Positions 38,138 to 48,175 of a stretch of DNA of 64,000 nt are shown one piece after another. Within the stretch, counting starts at the first letter, position 1. Each line of letters begins with the position of its first letter. The stretch is from Thermoproteota archaeon (lineage in GTDB: Archaea; Korarchaeota; Korarchaeia; Korarchaeales; Korarchaeaceae), in assembly GCA_015522685.1 (NCBI GenBank), contig WALU01000032.1:32001-96000 (forward strand). Reading direction: 5' to 3'. The translations under genes and the position numbers were made by a program. The notes below the pieces were generated by a model. The model made no database searches and was not told the DNA's origin. It saw only the letters and a list, made by a program, of their open reading frames with translations.

Positions 38138-39547
38138 TTGAGTCAAGAACTGGTCTTGAAACTCATGCAAACTGGTCAGAGTGATTGGCTCTCATGGATA
38201 CTCTTCCTAGTTGTCATAACTGTGATGCAATTCTACGCCAGCAAACTACAAGCTCAGCTCTGGATTAATGAGATAAGGAAGGCCTTATCAAAGCTAGAGG
38301 AATACATGAATGATGCTACCACTAAGTTCGTGAAAGAGGCCTCAAAATATGGTAGGTCTGAGGAGGAGGTAAAATCCCTTTTCCAGAGGATAAAGGGATT
38401 CTTCATCATAGAGCCAGTTACTTTAGATCCATTTGGGGCTGTAAAAAGGTTAGAACACTTAATTGAGAATTCTAGAAATCATTTAAATAGCTTCATGAAA
38501 GAGATAGCCCCAAATGCAGATGAATGGAAGAGATCTAACTTAAGGGATCAGCTAGCTGGAGTTCTTGCCTTGGACATGATATATAGGATAGTTAGGCATT
38601 ACTTCATACTTGGTAGGAAGACTCAAAATCTCATATATATTGCTCAAATACAGATGTTATTACCCGAAATACTCAGGGCAGCAAAGGCTTACTGGAAAGC
38701 TGGAGAGGCCTTTAGGAAGGGGATACCAATAGGAGATAGTATAGGGCCTATGGTAGCTCTGAAGCTTATGAATAACGCTAATCCAGAAGAAGTAGCTGAA
38801 GAGATAGTTGGAGCTGAAGTAGAGCTTAAAGGTAGGAGGGTTTACGTCATAAAAGCTAAAGGTCCAGGATCAGAGGTAGGTAGACCCGGTGTCGCCATAG
38901 AGAGAATAGTAGAGGGTAGGAATGGGGACGTATCTTTGATAGTAATGATAGATGCAGCTGCAAAGCTTGAAGGAGAACCTACAGCAGAAGTAGTTGAAGG
39001 AATAGGCGCTGCTATAGGAGATCCAGGTCCCGAGAAGTACAGGATTGAGGAGGTAGCCACGAAGTATAATATACCCCTTTATGCAATAGCCATAAAGGAA
39101 GATCCCTTAGACGCCATAACTGTAATGAGGGAGGAAATTGCTAAATCTGTAGATGAAGTCCTGAAGAGGATAGAGCTTGCCATAGAATCAAAGACCCTCC
39201 CAGGTGATTTTGTACTAGTTGCTGGTATAGGAAATACTGCAGGTGTTGGAAATATTCTAGAGAGAGATAGCGCGAAGTCTGCTGAACCACTTACTGATAC
39301 AGTTGTGGATGGTTGGAGGAGTAAGGTAATGGAGGCAGCTAGAGAAGGATTGATAGATAATAAATTAAGAGATGCTCTACTCTCAACCCATGTCGATGAG
39401 GAGGCTAAGAATATATTAGATTTGATAATAGAGATAAGAGAAAAGACAGACATATCTGGGGGGACTAAGGAAAAGCTGCTGGAAGAACTTAGAGAGAGAT
39501 TAAGGGAATATTCTCATAAAATATCTAAGGGTGTTTCTAATGCCTGA
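38138..39547 (+). CDS. DUF1512 family membrane protein with extra C-terminal helical extension
   Basis: GIPIGDSIGP, KAKGPG, IDAAAKLEGE, G.AIG.PGPEK, GIGNTAGVG. Confidence 0.8.
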   Translation: MSQELVLKLMQTGQSDWLSWILFLVVITVMQFYASKLQAQLWINEIRKALSKLEEYMNDATTKFVKEASKYGRSEEEVKSLFQRIKGFFIIEPVTLDPFGAVKRLEHLIENSRNHLNSFMKEIAPNADEWKRSNLRDQLAGVLALDMIYRIVRHYFILGRKTQNLIYIAQIQMLLPEILRAAKAYWKAGEAFRKGIPIGDSIGPMVALKLMNNANPEEVAEEIVGAEVELKGRRVYVIKAKGPGSEVGRPGVAIERIVEGRNGDVSLIVMIDAAAKLEGEPTAEVVEGIGAAIGDPGPEKYRIEEVATKYNIPLYAIAIKEDPLDAITVMREEIAKSVDEVLKRIELAIESKTLPGDFVLVAGIGNTAGVGNILERDSAKSAEPLTDTVVDGWRSKVMEAAREGLIDNKLRDALLSTHVDEEAKNILDLIIEIREKTDISGGTKEKLLEELRERLREYSHKISKGVSNA

Positions 39548-39977
39548 GGAGAAAAAGAAGATTTCTCTTGGATTTTATGCCTTCTGGGCTGCTTCTATGG
39601 TGGGTATAGTGCTAATATCCCTCTTATTCTTTTACTTAGGAATGCAGTCTCTTAATTCAAATAACATGAATGATGCCCTTCTTAATATTCTAATGGGAAT
39701 TGCTGGTATAGGCATCGCTGCTAAAGTGGCATATGATATGGTAAAAGCTAAACTGGCTTTCCAAGAGGAGAAACAGGAGATATTAACGGAGCTACATTGC
39801 CCAAAATGTGGAAGAAAAATGCTAAGGCCATTCAAAGAGGGGGATTATGTTGGCAAGGTGGCTCAAGATAAATGTCCTCAGTGTGGTACTTCAATGGCTA
39901 TAGTTTCGGTATTCGCTAAGGTTCCTAAGCAGAAGAAAAAGTCATTCTTTACTTCTAGCAGCGGTGAAAAGGCTTGA
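39540..39977 (+). CDS. Two-TM protein with C-terminal Zn ribbon
   Basis: CPKCG...RPFKEGDYV...CPQCG; coupled to DUF1512. Confidence 0.7.
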   Translation: MPEEKKKISLGFYAFWAASMVGIVLISLLFFYLGMQSLNSNNMNDALLNILMGIAGIGIAAKVAYDMVKAKLAFQEEKQEILTELHCPKCGRKMLRPFKEGDYVGKVAQDKCPQCGTSMAIVSVFAKVPKQKKKSFFTSSSGEKA

Positions 39978-40414
39978 AGAAAATAAAAATGCATGTTGTA
40001 CCCTGCATTGTAGTTTTTGACAAAAGTGGGATAGTTCTTCTCCTAAAGAGAACTAAAAGCAAGAGAAACGGTGGGAGATGGGAAATTCCAGGTGGGAGCC
40101 TGAGATACGGCGAATCTCCTAGGAGAGGGGCCCTCAGAGAATTGAGAGAAGAAACCGGTTTCAAGCTCAGCCCCTTTGATATTAAATCAGTTGATACTTT
40201 TGGTATGTTATATCCTGAGATGAAGATGGAGTTTATAATACCCCTCTACACGGCAGTGATTAATGGGGCTGAGCCAGTCATAAGGCCAGAAGAGCATGAT
40301 GATTGGGGATGGTTTACCATAGATCAGGTTAAGGAAATGGAGTTAAAGGATGAGACTATGAAAGGTGCCTACTCCATGATAAAGGCGGCCAAGAAAGTTA
40401 TAAATAACAATTAA
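39974..40414 (+). CDS. NUDIX hydrolase
   Basis: WEIPGG...GE....ALRELREETG. Confidence 0.92.
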   Translation: MKKIKMHVVPCIVVFDKSGIVLLLKRTKSKRNGGRWEIPGGSLRYGESPRRGALRELREETGFKLSPFDIKSVDTFGMLYPEMKMEFIIPLYTAVINGAEPVIRPEEHDDWGWFTIDQVKEMELKDETMKGAYSMIKAAKKVINNN

Positions 40415-40498
40415 TTAGTTAATCTATTATTAAATAGAATGAATGAAGCAGAAATAAATTAATTAAAAGGGAAAATACTACTAACTAATGAGCGAAGA

Positions 40499-41671
40499 TC
40501 ATATCTCAAATCCTAGCTTAGCTAAGGGCCATCTCCTAATCATGGCCATTAAGACGCCGATGCTCTTCCAGCCGATATCCTTCTTAGATATTGAACTGAA
40601 GCCTATGACTCTCTTAGTTTTCTTATCATATACTATGTAGGCATGATCTCCCCACTCATCTCCACTCATATAAACCCTATCTGCCTCAAATCCTTCCTTA
40701 GACGCCTCTATACTGGTTAGGCCAGCTGATGCTATGTGAATCCCGCCGAAGAATACGTCTCTCTGATATCTAGGAACTTTGTAGGAAGCTTTGAATCCTG
40801 TTAATGCCTTGGCCACGTTTAAAGACATTATACTCGCAGCAGTACCAATTCCCATATATATAGGCTTATTGATCAGCGTATCAATCACTGTAGCGTTATC
40901 CCCGACAGCAAATATATTAGAATCAGAGGTCCTCCCCTGTCTATCCGTCTTTATAACCCATTCATTCATCAATTCGAGTCCTGCTTCTTTTGCTAGAGCG
41001 ATCTCAGGAGAGACTCCTGTCGCCATAAATGTCATCTCAGATGGAACTTCACTTCCATCTTCCAACTCTAATTTACCATCATATACTTCCTTAGGCTTGC
41101 CATGAATGAATTCAACACCCTTTTCAGCTAGAAATTTCTCTAGCTTGGCGGAAAGTTCAGGTTCAAGGCTTCTCCTTATTAATCTAGATCTAACTATAAC
41201 CTTAGGCTTTGCTCCTATTGCCCTTGATGCATCAGCTACATGAAGCGCAACGAAGCTAGCGCCTATTATAGCGACCTCATTGGGTTTCTCATCTATCAAT
41301 TTATGGACGTCTTCTAACTTCCTAAATACAGCACACTTTTCTCCTCCCTTCAGCTTAGATGGTATCGTTGGATTAGAACCCGTTGCTAATACCAAATAAT
41401 CATACTGAAGTGTCTGTCCACTTGCCAGTACAACTTCCTTTTGCTCTCTTCTTACTCTTGTTACCCTATCCAGTATTATCTCAACTCCTTTAGACTCTAT
41501 GTGCTTCGTATTAACCCAGAGATTCATGCCTTGAGTTACCAACCTTAGTTTATGCCTGACATATGGTCTTTCATCTCCTACAATGGTGACCTTAGCATCT
41601 GGAGCCTGATCAGCTATATGTCTCGCTGAGCCCAAGCCTCCTAATCCGAACCCAACAATAACAACCTTCAC
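40499..41671 (-). CDS. FAD-dependent pyridine nucleotide oxidoreductase (NADH oxidase/rubredoxin reductase-like)
   Basis: GFGLGG, YDYLVLATGS, ATGVSP, TSDSNIFAVGD. Confidence 0.85.
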   Translation of the reverse strand: MKVVIVGFGLGGLGSARHIADQAPDAKVTIVGDERPYVRHKLRLVTQGMNLWVNTKHIESKGVEIILDRVTRVRREQKEVVLASGQTLQYDYLVLATGSNPTIPSKLKGGEKCAVFRKLEDVHKLIDEKPNEVAIIGASFVALHVADASRAIGAKPKVIVRSRLIRRSLEPELSAKLEKFLAEKGVEFIHGKPKEVYDGKLELEDGSEVPSEMTFMATGVSPEIALAKEAGLELMNEWVIKTDRQGRTSDSNIFAVGDNATVIDTLINKPIYMGIGTAASIMSLNVAKALTGFKASYKVPRYQRDVFFGGIHIASAGLTSIEASKEGFEADRVYMSGDEWGDHAYIVYDKKTKRVIGFSSISKKDIGWKSIGVLMAMIRRWPLAKLGFEI

Positions 41672-41727
41672 CTAGGCACCGCGAAAGTTAGAGCATAGGA
41701 TACTTGAAAAACTTAAACAAAATTACT

Positions 41728-43026
41728 TTAGCCATATATAACAGACTCCCTTCCGAACATTTTCGAGCTCAACCATAGAAATGCGACTAAGTAAATTATA
41801 GATGATGCCAATGAGGTTGTTACAGGCATTATATCTCCAGGATTCACGATTATATCCCTTGCAAACATAGCTAGGCTCGATATGGGCAATATCCTAAGTA
41901 TAGAGTAAATGCTTTGTGGAGCATAAGGTATAGCTATCATAGGAAGTATGAGGATGAATGTCAGGAATCCGACATACTGTTGGGCCTCTTTGAATGTTTT
42001 GGCGAAGGAAGCTGCTATGACCATAATAGCATTTCCTGTTAAACCACCTAGGGCGACTGTGATCAGGATACCTGCGGTTACATATGGAAGCTTGGAAGCT
42101 TCTATAAGCTGGGAGATTTGTGGATGAGCTACTGATGTCGCTTCTACTAAAGAAGTTACTGCTAGGCCTATTCCTATTAATGCAGAGAGGAGCGTTGAGA
42201 TGCCGCTTACTATTGATAATATTGTTAAGGCACTAAATTTACCCAGAAGGATCTCTCCTCTACTAACTGGAGCTGTAAAGAGAGCTTCTATGGTCTTCCT
42301 TTCTCTTTCTCCTGCTATCATATCTATAGCGAATGTGCCGGCGCCTGTGATGGCTATCAGGCCCACCATCATAGGAAGTATCATGGCAGTCATTACCTCA
42401 CTAGTTGTAGCTACCTTTCCAGTAGAAGTAATTTGTTTAACAATAGTATCTATGGGTCTTATGTACCTCTCGCTCAAGTTAACTGCAGCCAACCTCTCAT
42501 TAAGAATTCTCTCGGAATACTTTTCTATTATCTCCTGTACCATACTCATAGCAACGGAAGATCTTGTGCCATATGGATCATAATAGTAGATTATATATCC
42601 GCTCTTCCCCAATGAGATGTTACGTGAAAAACCAGGTAGTATCTCAACAATTAGATCTATACCCCTATTGAGAATGAGGTTAGCGTAATTGCCTCCATTC
42701 GCTGTTATAGATACATAAGCTCCCGATTCATTGTGCAGCTTCTTTATACTTCTTGCTAAATCTATCGCTTCCTTATCTTCCACAACTACAAGTATCTTGG
42801 GAGGAACCGTTTTAGGATTCAGCATCATCATTGGGAGCGCTATAACTATGGGCATTATTATCATTGGCAAGAGCACTACGTTTATCATCGTCCTCTTATC
42901 TCTAAGTGCCTCTAAAAGTTCTTTCCAAGCCACTACTAACCAAGGCTTATCAGGTAGAGAATAGCCTTTCCGCCCAAATCCTCTAGATAGTTTGACTATC
43001 CCTGAAGATCCTTTAAACAGTTTCAA
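41728..43026 (-). CDS. ABC-2 permease (NatB-like)
   Basis: KELLEALRDKRT, AGERERKTIEALF..P, GK, KTFKEAQ. Confidence 0.88.
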   Translation of the reverse strand: MKLFKGSSGIVKLSRGFGRKGYSLPDKPWLVVAWKELLEALRDKRTMINVVLLPMIIMPIVIALPMMMLNPKTVPPKILVVVEDKEAIDLARSIKKLHNESGAYVSITANGGNYANLILNRGIDLIVEILPGFSRNISLGKSGYIIYYYDPYGTRSSVAMSMVQEIIEKYSERILNERLAAVNLSERYIRPIDTIVKQITSTGKVATTSEVMTAMILPMMVGLIAITGAGTFAIDMIAGERERKTIEALFTAPVSRGEILLGKFSALTILSIVSGISTLLSALIGIGLAVTSLVEATSVAHPQISQLIEASKLPYVTAGILITVALGGLTGNAIMVIAASFAKTFKEAQQYVGFLTFILILPMIAIPYAPQSIYSILRILPISSLAMFARDIIVNPGDIMPVTTSLASSIIYLVAFLWLSSKMFGRESVIYG

Positions 43027-43753
43027 TAGTCTCGCCCCTCACAAGTCTGATAAACACATCTTCGAACTCCTTTTCTCCCGCGAGTTTTTCTAGCTCATCC
43101 TTGCTTCCTATGTACCTAAGTTGGCCGTTGCTGATTATCCCTATCCTCCCACATAGCTTCTCCACCTCCCACATGTTATGAGTGGAGAGCATGACTGTCT
43201 TTCCTGAGGAAGCATATTCCTTTATCAATCTTCTGATTTCCCTAGCACTCATGACATCTACACCTAAAGTTGGTTCATCTAAGAGGAGAATAGGAGGCTC
43301 ATCTAATATCGCTCTAGCGAAGGCGACCTTCTGCTTTTGTCCCCTTGATAACTTATCAGCTATAATGTAGCGCTTCTTCTCCAGCTTAAGGATACCTAAG
43401 AGATTATCTATTCTCATCTCTAGAGTACTCCTTTCCATCCCTCGGAGCTTTCCGAAGTATATCAGATTTTCCTCAGCAGTTAATCTTGGGTAAATACCAG
43501 TATCTTCAGGAAGTATACCCATTAACTTCTTAGCCTTTAAGGGCTCCTTAGCTACATCTACCCCTAATATTTTAGCAATGCCAGAAGTGGGCTTGAGTGC
43601 GCCATAAATCATCCTCAATGTGGTCGTTTTACCAGCTCCGTTTGGACCTAATAACCCGAAAATAATTCCTTCCTTCACCTTAAAGCTCAAGTCTCTTACA
43701 GCAGTAAAACTGCCAAACTTCTTAGTAAGAGAGAATGTCTCTATTGCTATCAT
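43013..43753 (-). CDS. ABC transporter ATP-binding protein (NatA-like)
   Basis: GPNGAGKTT, LSRGQ, LLDEPT, STH. Confidence 0.93.
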   Translation of the reverse strand: MIAIETFSLTKKFGSFTAVRDLSFKVKEGIIFGLLGPNGAGKTTTLRMIYGALKPTSGIAKILGVDVAKEPLKAKKLMGILPEDTGIYPRLTAEENLIYFGKLRGMERSTLEMRIDNLLGILKLEKKRYIIADKLSRGQKQKVAFARAILDEPPILLLDEPTLGVDVMSAREIRRLIKEYASSGKTVMLSTHNMWEVEKLCGRIGIISNGQLRYIGSKDELEKLAGEKEFEDVFIRLVRGETIETV

Positions 43754-43794
43754 CGAAATCCCCTTTAAATACTGTGTAAACCTCTTACTTTCTG

Positions 43795-45030
43795 ATGAGA
43801 TACCTCATCGTAGCTTCGCTTATAATGATGATATTGATGCTTCCTATAGTGAATAATGCTAAGGCTCAGGCGGCCCTATTGGGAGTCTCTAATACTGACG
43901 TCATAGCTGGAAGCACTTTTTTTGCCTTTTATAATATAACAACTACGAAAGATAGGCCAATAGTAGGATTTAATCTCTCTCTAATGGTCCCAAATGGATG
44001 GGAAATCTCACCTTATGGAGCTAGTGGGATAACTCCTAATGGAGATGAAATAAAGGTAGAATGGAAGGAAAAGAATGCTATCTACAAAGGGACTGGGGCA
44101 TCAGTAGCCCATATTTCCTTCAAGGTGAGAGTTCCTTTGGAGGATATGAATGTAAAGAGGACTATCTTTGCCAGCGGATATATAGCAGTCAAAGAAGGAG
44201 GTGCTACTAAGAAATACTTTGTAACTGGAAAGAAGGAGATTTTTATTCACAAGTGGGAACCCTTCATATTCTTAAATCTCAGCAAGATAGAGGTGATCCC
44301 CCCAGCTATCTTAGTTGCATATGTAAGAGTGTTAACTGGTCCACCCCTCTATTCCGTCGCTATGAGGAATGTCCTGGTGAAAGTGGGGGATACCGCAACT
44401 GGCACTCTCTACAATGAGAAATTCGGTTATTGGAGATATGGTTATGCCACAGATGTCAGGATACCCATAAAGATACCGCTCAATGCTAGTGGAGGAATTC
44501 AGAAGGTTTATGTGACGGTGGATTATGAAGTAGCAGGACATAAGCTTAGGAGCTATGTAGAATATCCTTATAAGATTATGAAGCCGTCTGAAGTTAAAAT
44601 AGATCAAATGAACGTACCTAAAAAAGTAAAAGCTGGTAAATACCTTGTCTTAAATGCAACAATTGTAAATCCTTCTTCTTTTAAGGCATTAGAGGCGGAG
44701 TTCCATGCAAAGCTAGGTGAAGATCACAAGGTCGTTAAGCTAGGAGATATGAGGGCAGGATCTTTTGCTCATGTGAGCCTGAAGTTTAAGATACCTAGGT
44801 CAGGACGAAACCTTACTCTAACGGTTTGGACAGCTTGGAAGCAGGAATATCCCGAAGAAATTAAGATGATGAAAGAAGGAACTTACAATATTCAGGTGAT
44901 CAGTTCCTCGTCTGGAATCTCGACTTCTTGGTGGCTCATCCTTGCATTGGTGGTGATCGCTGGTGCGGCAGTTGAGTACTTGGTTAAAAGAAGAAGAAAT
45001 AGAAAGGCTGAAAATTATAGTGAAATCTAA
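43795..45030 (+). CDS. Exported Ig-like/CARDB-type surface protein with C-terminal anchor
   Basis: Signal peptide, beta-sandwich-like segments, Ser linker, TM helix plus KRRR. Confidence 0.7.
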   Translation: MRYLIVASLIMMILMLPIVNNAKAQAALLGVSNTDVIAGSTFFAFYNITTTKDRPIVGFNLSLMVPNGWEISPYGASGITPNGDEIKVEWKEKNAIYKGTGASVAHISFKVRVPLEDMNVKRTIFASGYIAVKEGGATKKYFVTGKKEIFIHKWEPFIFLNLSKIEVIPPAILVAYVRVLTGPPLYSVAMRNVLVKVGDTATGTLYNEKFGYWRYGYATDVRIPIKIPLNASGGIQKVYVTVDYEVAGHKLRSYVEYPYKIMKPSEVKIDQMNVPKKVKAGKYLVLNATIVNPSSFKALEAEFHAKLGEDHKVVKLGDMRAGSFAHVSLKFKIPRSGRNLTLTVWTAWKQEYPEEIKMMKEGTYNIQVISSSSGISTSWWLILALVVIAGAAVEYLVKRRRNRKAENYSEI

Positions 45031-45667
45031 AGGTGAGATAAAAGAGCCAAAAAGTCCATGGGAATCCTTTAGGTTTCATATCAGAGGATATATGGGAATA
45101 GTATACTCAAGCGGAAAGGTAGTTTATCACAAGCCTCTTGCTTCTGTCATAGAAGAAGCACTGATAGAAGAGGGAATGGAGATAGGGTCTGATGAGGCAG
45201 GTAAAGGGGAGAAAACCGGTCCTATAGTAGTAGCTTCTGTTGCTCTAGATCCTGCAGCAAGGAAGCGACTGAGATCAAGAGGTCTACTTGAGTCAAAATC
45301 CATCCCCCAAGGTAGATTGGAGGAGCTCGTGGCTCTAATTAAGAAGTCAGCTAAGGCTTACGCTATCAAGATTGTATATCCAGACGAACTATCCCTTATC
45401 TGGAAAAAAGGGAACTTAAACGAGCTGCTGGCAAAATGGCACTTTGAAGTGATATCGAATGTCCTAAGCGAAGTTGAAGCTTCTAGAATAATTATAGATT
45501 CCTTTGACAAGAAGAAACTAGAGAATATTCTCTCTTCCTTGAGTGAGACAATTAAGGTGGTAATAGAGCCTAAAGCAGATGAAAAATATGCGGTAGTTGC
45601 GGCAGCCAGCCTGTTAGCCAAACTTTCTTACATTAAAAATGAGAAGAGAGGAATTAAATGGAGCTAA
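44963..45667 (+). CDS. Type 2 RNase H with N-terminal TBP-like domain (RNase HIII-like)
   Basis: N-terminal IVYSSGKVV; GSDEAGKGE..GP, ESK, IIIDSF, KADEKY.VVAAASLLAK. Confidence 0.78.
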   Translation: MRQLSTWLKEEEIERLKIIVKSKGEIKEPKSPWESFRFHIRGYMGIVYSSGKVVYHKPLASVIEEALIEEGMEIGSDEAGKGEKTGPIVVASVALDPAARKRLRSRGLLESKSIPQGRLEELVALIKKSAKAYAIKIVYPDELSLIWKKGNLNELLAKWHFEVISNVLSEVEASRIIIDSFDKKKLENILSSLSETIKVVIEPKADEKYAVVAAASLLAKLSYIKNEKRGIKWS

Positions 45668-45668
45668 T

Positions 45669-46166
45669 TTAAGGATATGGATGCTTATATCCAAATTTCC
45701 TCAGTAAATCCATTCTCTCCTTAACATCTTCTTCTTTCTCGACTCCCAGAGGAGTATCTCCATCTATAACTCCTAAGATCCCCCTTCCTTCACCAAAATC
45801 AGCCACTACTACCTTGAGGGGGTTAGCCGTGGCAGCATGCAGGGTAACTATCTCAGGTACCTGCCTCAACCTCGGCAGGATGTTCACTGGCCAAGCATTT
45901 TTCACCAATATCACAAGACAGTGACCTGCAGCTACCTTCCTAGCTCTTTTAACGGCGGCCTCTACCAAACCTGGATCATTTCCTGCCTTTCTTATGAGTC
46001 TGGGACCCGATGATTCGCAGAATGCAAATCCGAACTTTATGCTAGCACAGGAATCAGCTAATGCCTCATATACATCCTCAACCGTCTTAATAAAGTGAGA
46101 AGTAGCTAGAATTATGTTAGTTCCCTCAGGAGGGGCTATATCAGCTACTTCAAGTTTTAGCTCCAT
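45669..46166 (-). CDS. DUF355 adenosine-specific kinase family protein
   Basis: SHFIKTVEDVYE, FCESSG, AAGH, ATANP, GVIDG. Confidence 0.88.
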   Translation of the reverse strand: MELKLEVADIAPPEGTNIILATSHFIKTVEDVYEALADSCASIKFGFAFCESSGPRLIRKAGNDPGLVEAAVKRARKVAAGHCLVILVKNAWPVNILPRLRQVPEIVTLHAATANPLKVVVADFGEGRGILGVIDGDTPLGVEKEEDVKERMDLLRKFGYKHPYP

Positions 46167-46551
46167 ACTCTCGCCCTCTTATCGTTCTTCCTAATGTATC
46201 AAAAAGATTTAGCAGGGTATCTTTCTGTATCCTATATATTCTATATTTACCCTTAACAGTCTCCTTAACGAGGCCAGCTGCCTTAAGGTCCGAGAGATGA
46301 TGAGAAATGAGGGACTGATCCTTTCCCAAGATATATGAGATCAAGCATACGGGCATATCTGTGGCTGCAAGTAGAAGAATTATGTCAAGCTTTGTAGTAT
46401 TTGATAATGCCTTAAATGCCCAAGCCATTCCTTCTTTATCTCTTATACTCTCCAGATTATCTAGAGATCTACCCAACTTTCCTACATAATCTCTAATATC
46501 CTCAATACATCTTTTTGGTACCTTTTTGAGGATCTCTTCCGCCTTCATCAT
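46150..46551 (-). CDS. ArsR/SmtB transcriptional regulator
   Basis: FKALSN.TKL.I, VC, QSLISHHL..LK.AGLV. Confidence 0.88.
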   Translation of the reverse strand: MMKAEEILKKVPKRCIEDIRDYVGKLGRSLDNLESIRDKEGMAWAFKALSNTTKLDIILLLAATDMPVCLISYILGKDQSLISHHLSDLKAAGLVKETVKGKYRIYRIQKDTLLNLFDTLGRTIRGREYGAKT

Positions 46552-46634
46552 GTTTTGACACCATTGAACAAATGTTTCTTTAGATATATATCTTCCTTAT
46601 CTTTAAAAATATCATCGAGCTAAGCCAAGTTAAT

Positions 46635-47729
46635 ATGTGGGACATTGCAATAGTCGGGGCGGGTCCATCGGGATCAACGGCAGCTTATCTACTAGCTAAA
46701 ATAGGATTTAAAACTTTACTCTTGGATAAGAAGAACTTTCCTAGGCCAAAACCTTGCGGTGGGGGGATAACTCTCAAAGCCGGGAAGCTCTTGTCAGAGT
46801 TGGGTCTTCCTCTAGAACCTGTCGAGGCTTATCATAGGGAAGTAATAGTTAAAGGATATGATAAAGAGATTACGGTTAGTACATCTCCGGGAGGATATGC
46901 TATAGCAGTAGTTAGGAGAGAAGAATTTGATAAGAGACTCCTTGAAGAGGCGGTCTCATGGGGAGCATCCTTTCAAGTATCAAAAGTATATGGAATAAGG
47001 GAGAGAGGTAATGTAGTGAAGATAGTAGGAGCTGATGAAGAAGCTAGATATGTAATAGGGGCTGATGGGGCGAATTCTATTGTAGCAATCTCCTCTGGCA
47101 TTAGAGGATCTTGGAATAAAGGAGATTTGATAATAGGAATAGAAGGCGTAGCTCCTCATTACGAAAAACTAACTTTTATGGTAGATGCAGCTCCCTACGG
47201 ATATGGATGGATATTTCCGCGATCTACCGATTCTAATGCTGGAGTGGGGGGAATGATCGAGAAATCTAGCGAAATATTATCAGCTTTTAATATGTTTTCG
47301 TTGAAATATAAAGCTAAAATGAATAGATCTTGGGTAATCCCCATTGGAGGACATAGAAAGCCCATTGCTAAGGGAAGGGTTTTATTAGTTGGTGATTCTG
47401 CTGGATTAGCTGACCCTTTAACTGGAGAAGGACTGTATTATGCTATTAGAAGCTCCCTTGAAGCGGCAAATTCCCTTGAAAGTGGGGAGCCGGATAAAGA
47501 TTACATGAGAAGGATGGAACCCATAATTGAAGAGCTTAGAAGCAAAAGAAAAGCAGCTAAGATCATAATACCGCGGATAAATTTCTTCTTCAATCTATTC
47601 GTCTCTTATCCAGAGATAGCAAGGAGGTATATGCTCACGTCCATAGGGAAAGTAGAGTTCAAGGATTTCTGGAGGTGGTCCATAACAAGAATTCCTAGAG
47701 CTCTCATAAGAAGCAAACTCGGTATATAA
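46635..47729 (+). CDS. Geranylgeranyl reductase family FAD oxidoreductase
   Basis: GAGPSG, FPRPKPCGGG, GADG, YGWIFP, GDSAG..DPLTGEG. Confidence 0.88.
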   Translation: MWDIAIVGAGPSGSTAAYLLAKIGFKTLLLDKKNFPRPKPCGGGITLKAGKLLSELGLPLEPVEAYHREVIVKGYDKEITVSTSPGGYAIAVVRREEFDKRLLEEAVSWGASFQVSKVYGIRERGNVVKIVGADEEARYVIGADGANSIVAISSGIRGSWNKGDLIIGIEGVAPHYEKLTFMVDAAPYGYGWIFPRSTDSNAGVGGMIEKSSEILSAFNMFSLKYKAKMNRSWVIPIGGHRKPIAKGRVLLVGDSAGLADPLTGEGLYYAIRSSLEAANSLESGEPDKDYMRRMEPIIEELRSKRKAAKIIIPRINFFFNLFVSYPEIARRYMLTSIGKVEFKDFWRWSITRIPRALIRSKLGI

Positions 47730-47869
47730 GCTCTAAATTCTATAATACTTGCTTCCTAATAGCATGATAGTATAAAGAACCTGAATTTATTACATTCTTG
47801 AGGTGCCGCGCTATTAATAGACTACCCACTTTCTTAACATATATCTTCGGGATTTCAAGAAATTCACTT

Positions 47870-48175
47870 TCATAGAGAAGAAATCATATCACCGTAGATG
47901 CATCTAATTAATTTTAGTTGACTATTATAGAGGAAGCTGGGCGTTACTCGGATACTCGAGACAGTACATCTTTTCCCTTCATCTATTCGTCTAATATCTT
48001 TATTCTCGAGCTCTTTGATTCTCCCGTTATTATCCTTCTTGAGACAGATCTCTCTAGCCTCTTCAGTTAACTGAGAGATATTGAGTGGGGCCTTGCTTAC
48101 CAGCACCCCTAACACGCCTCTGATTATAATTGTAGTGGCTGCTATAGCGGCTCTCCCAGTAACAAAAAGGATCAT
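47870..48175 (-). pseudogene. Possible decayed winged-HTH protein
   Basis: VLGVLVSKAPLNISQLTEE resembles an HTH start; the rest looks frameshifted. Confidence 0.3.
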
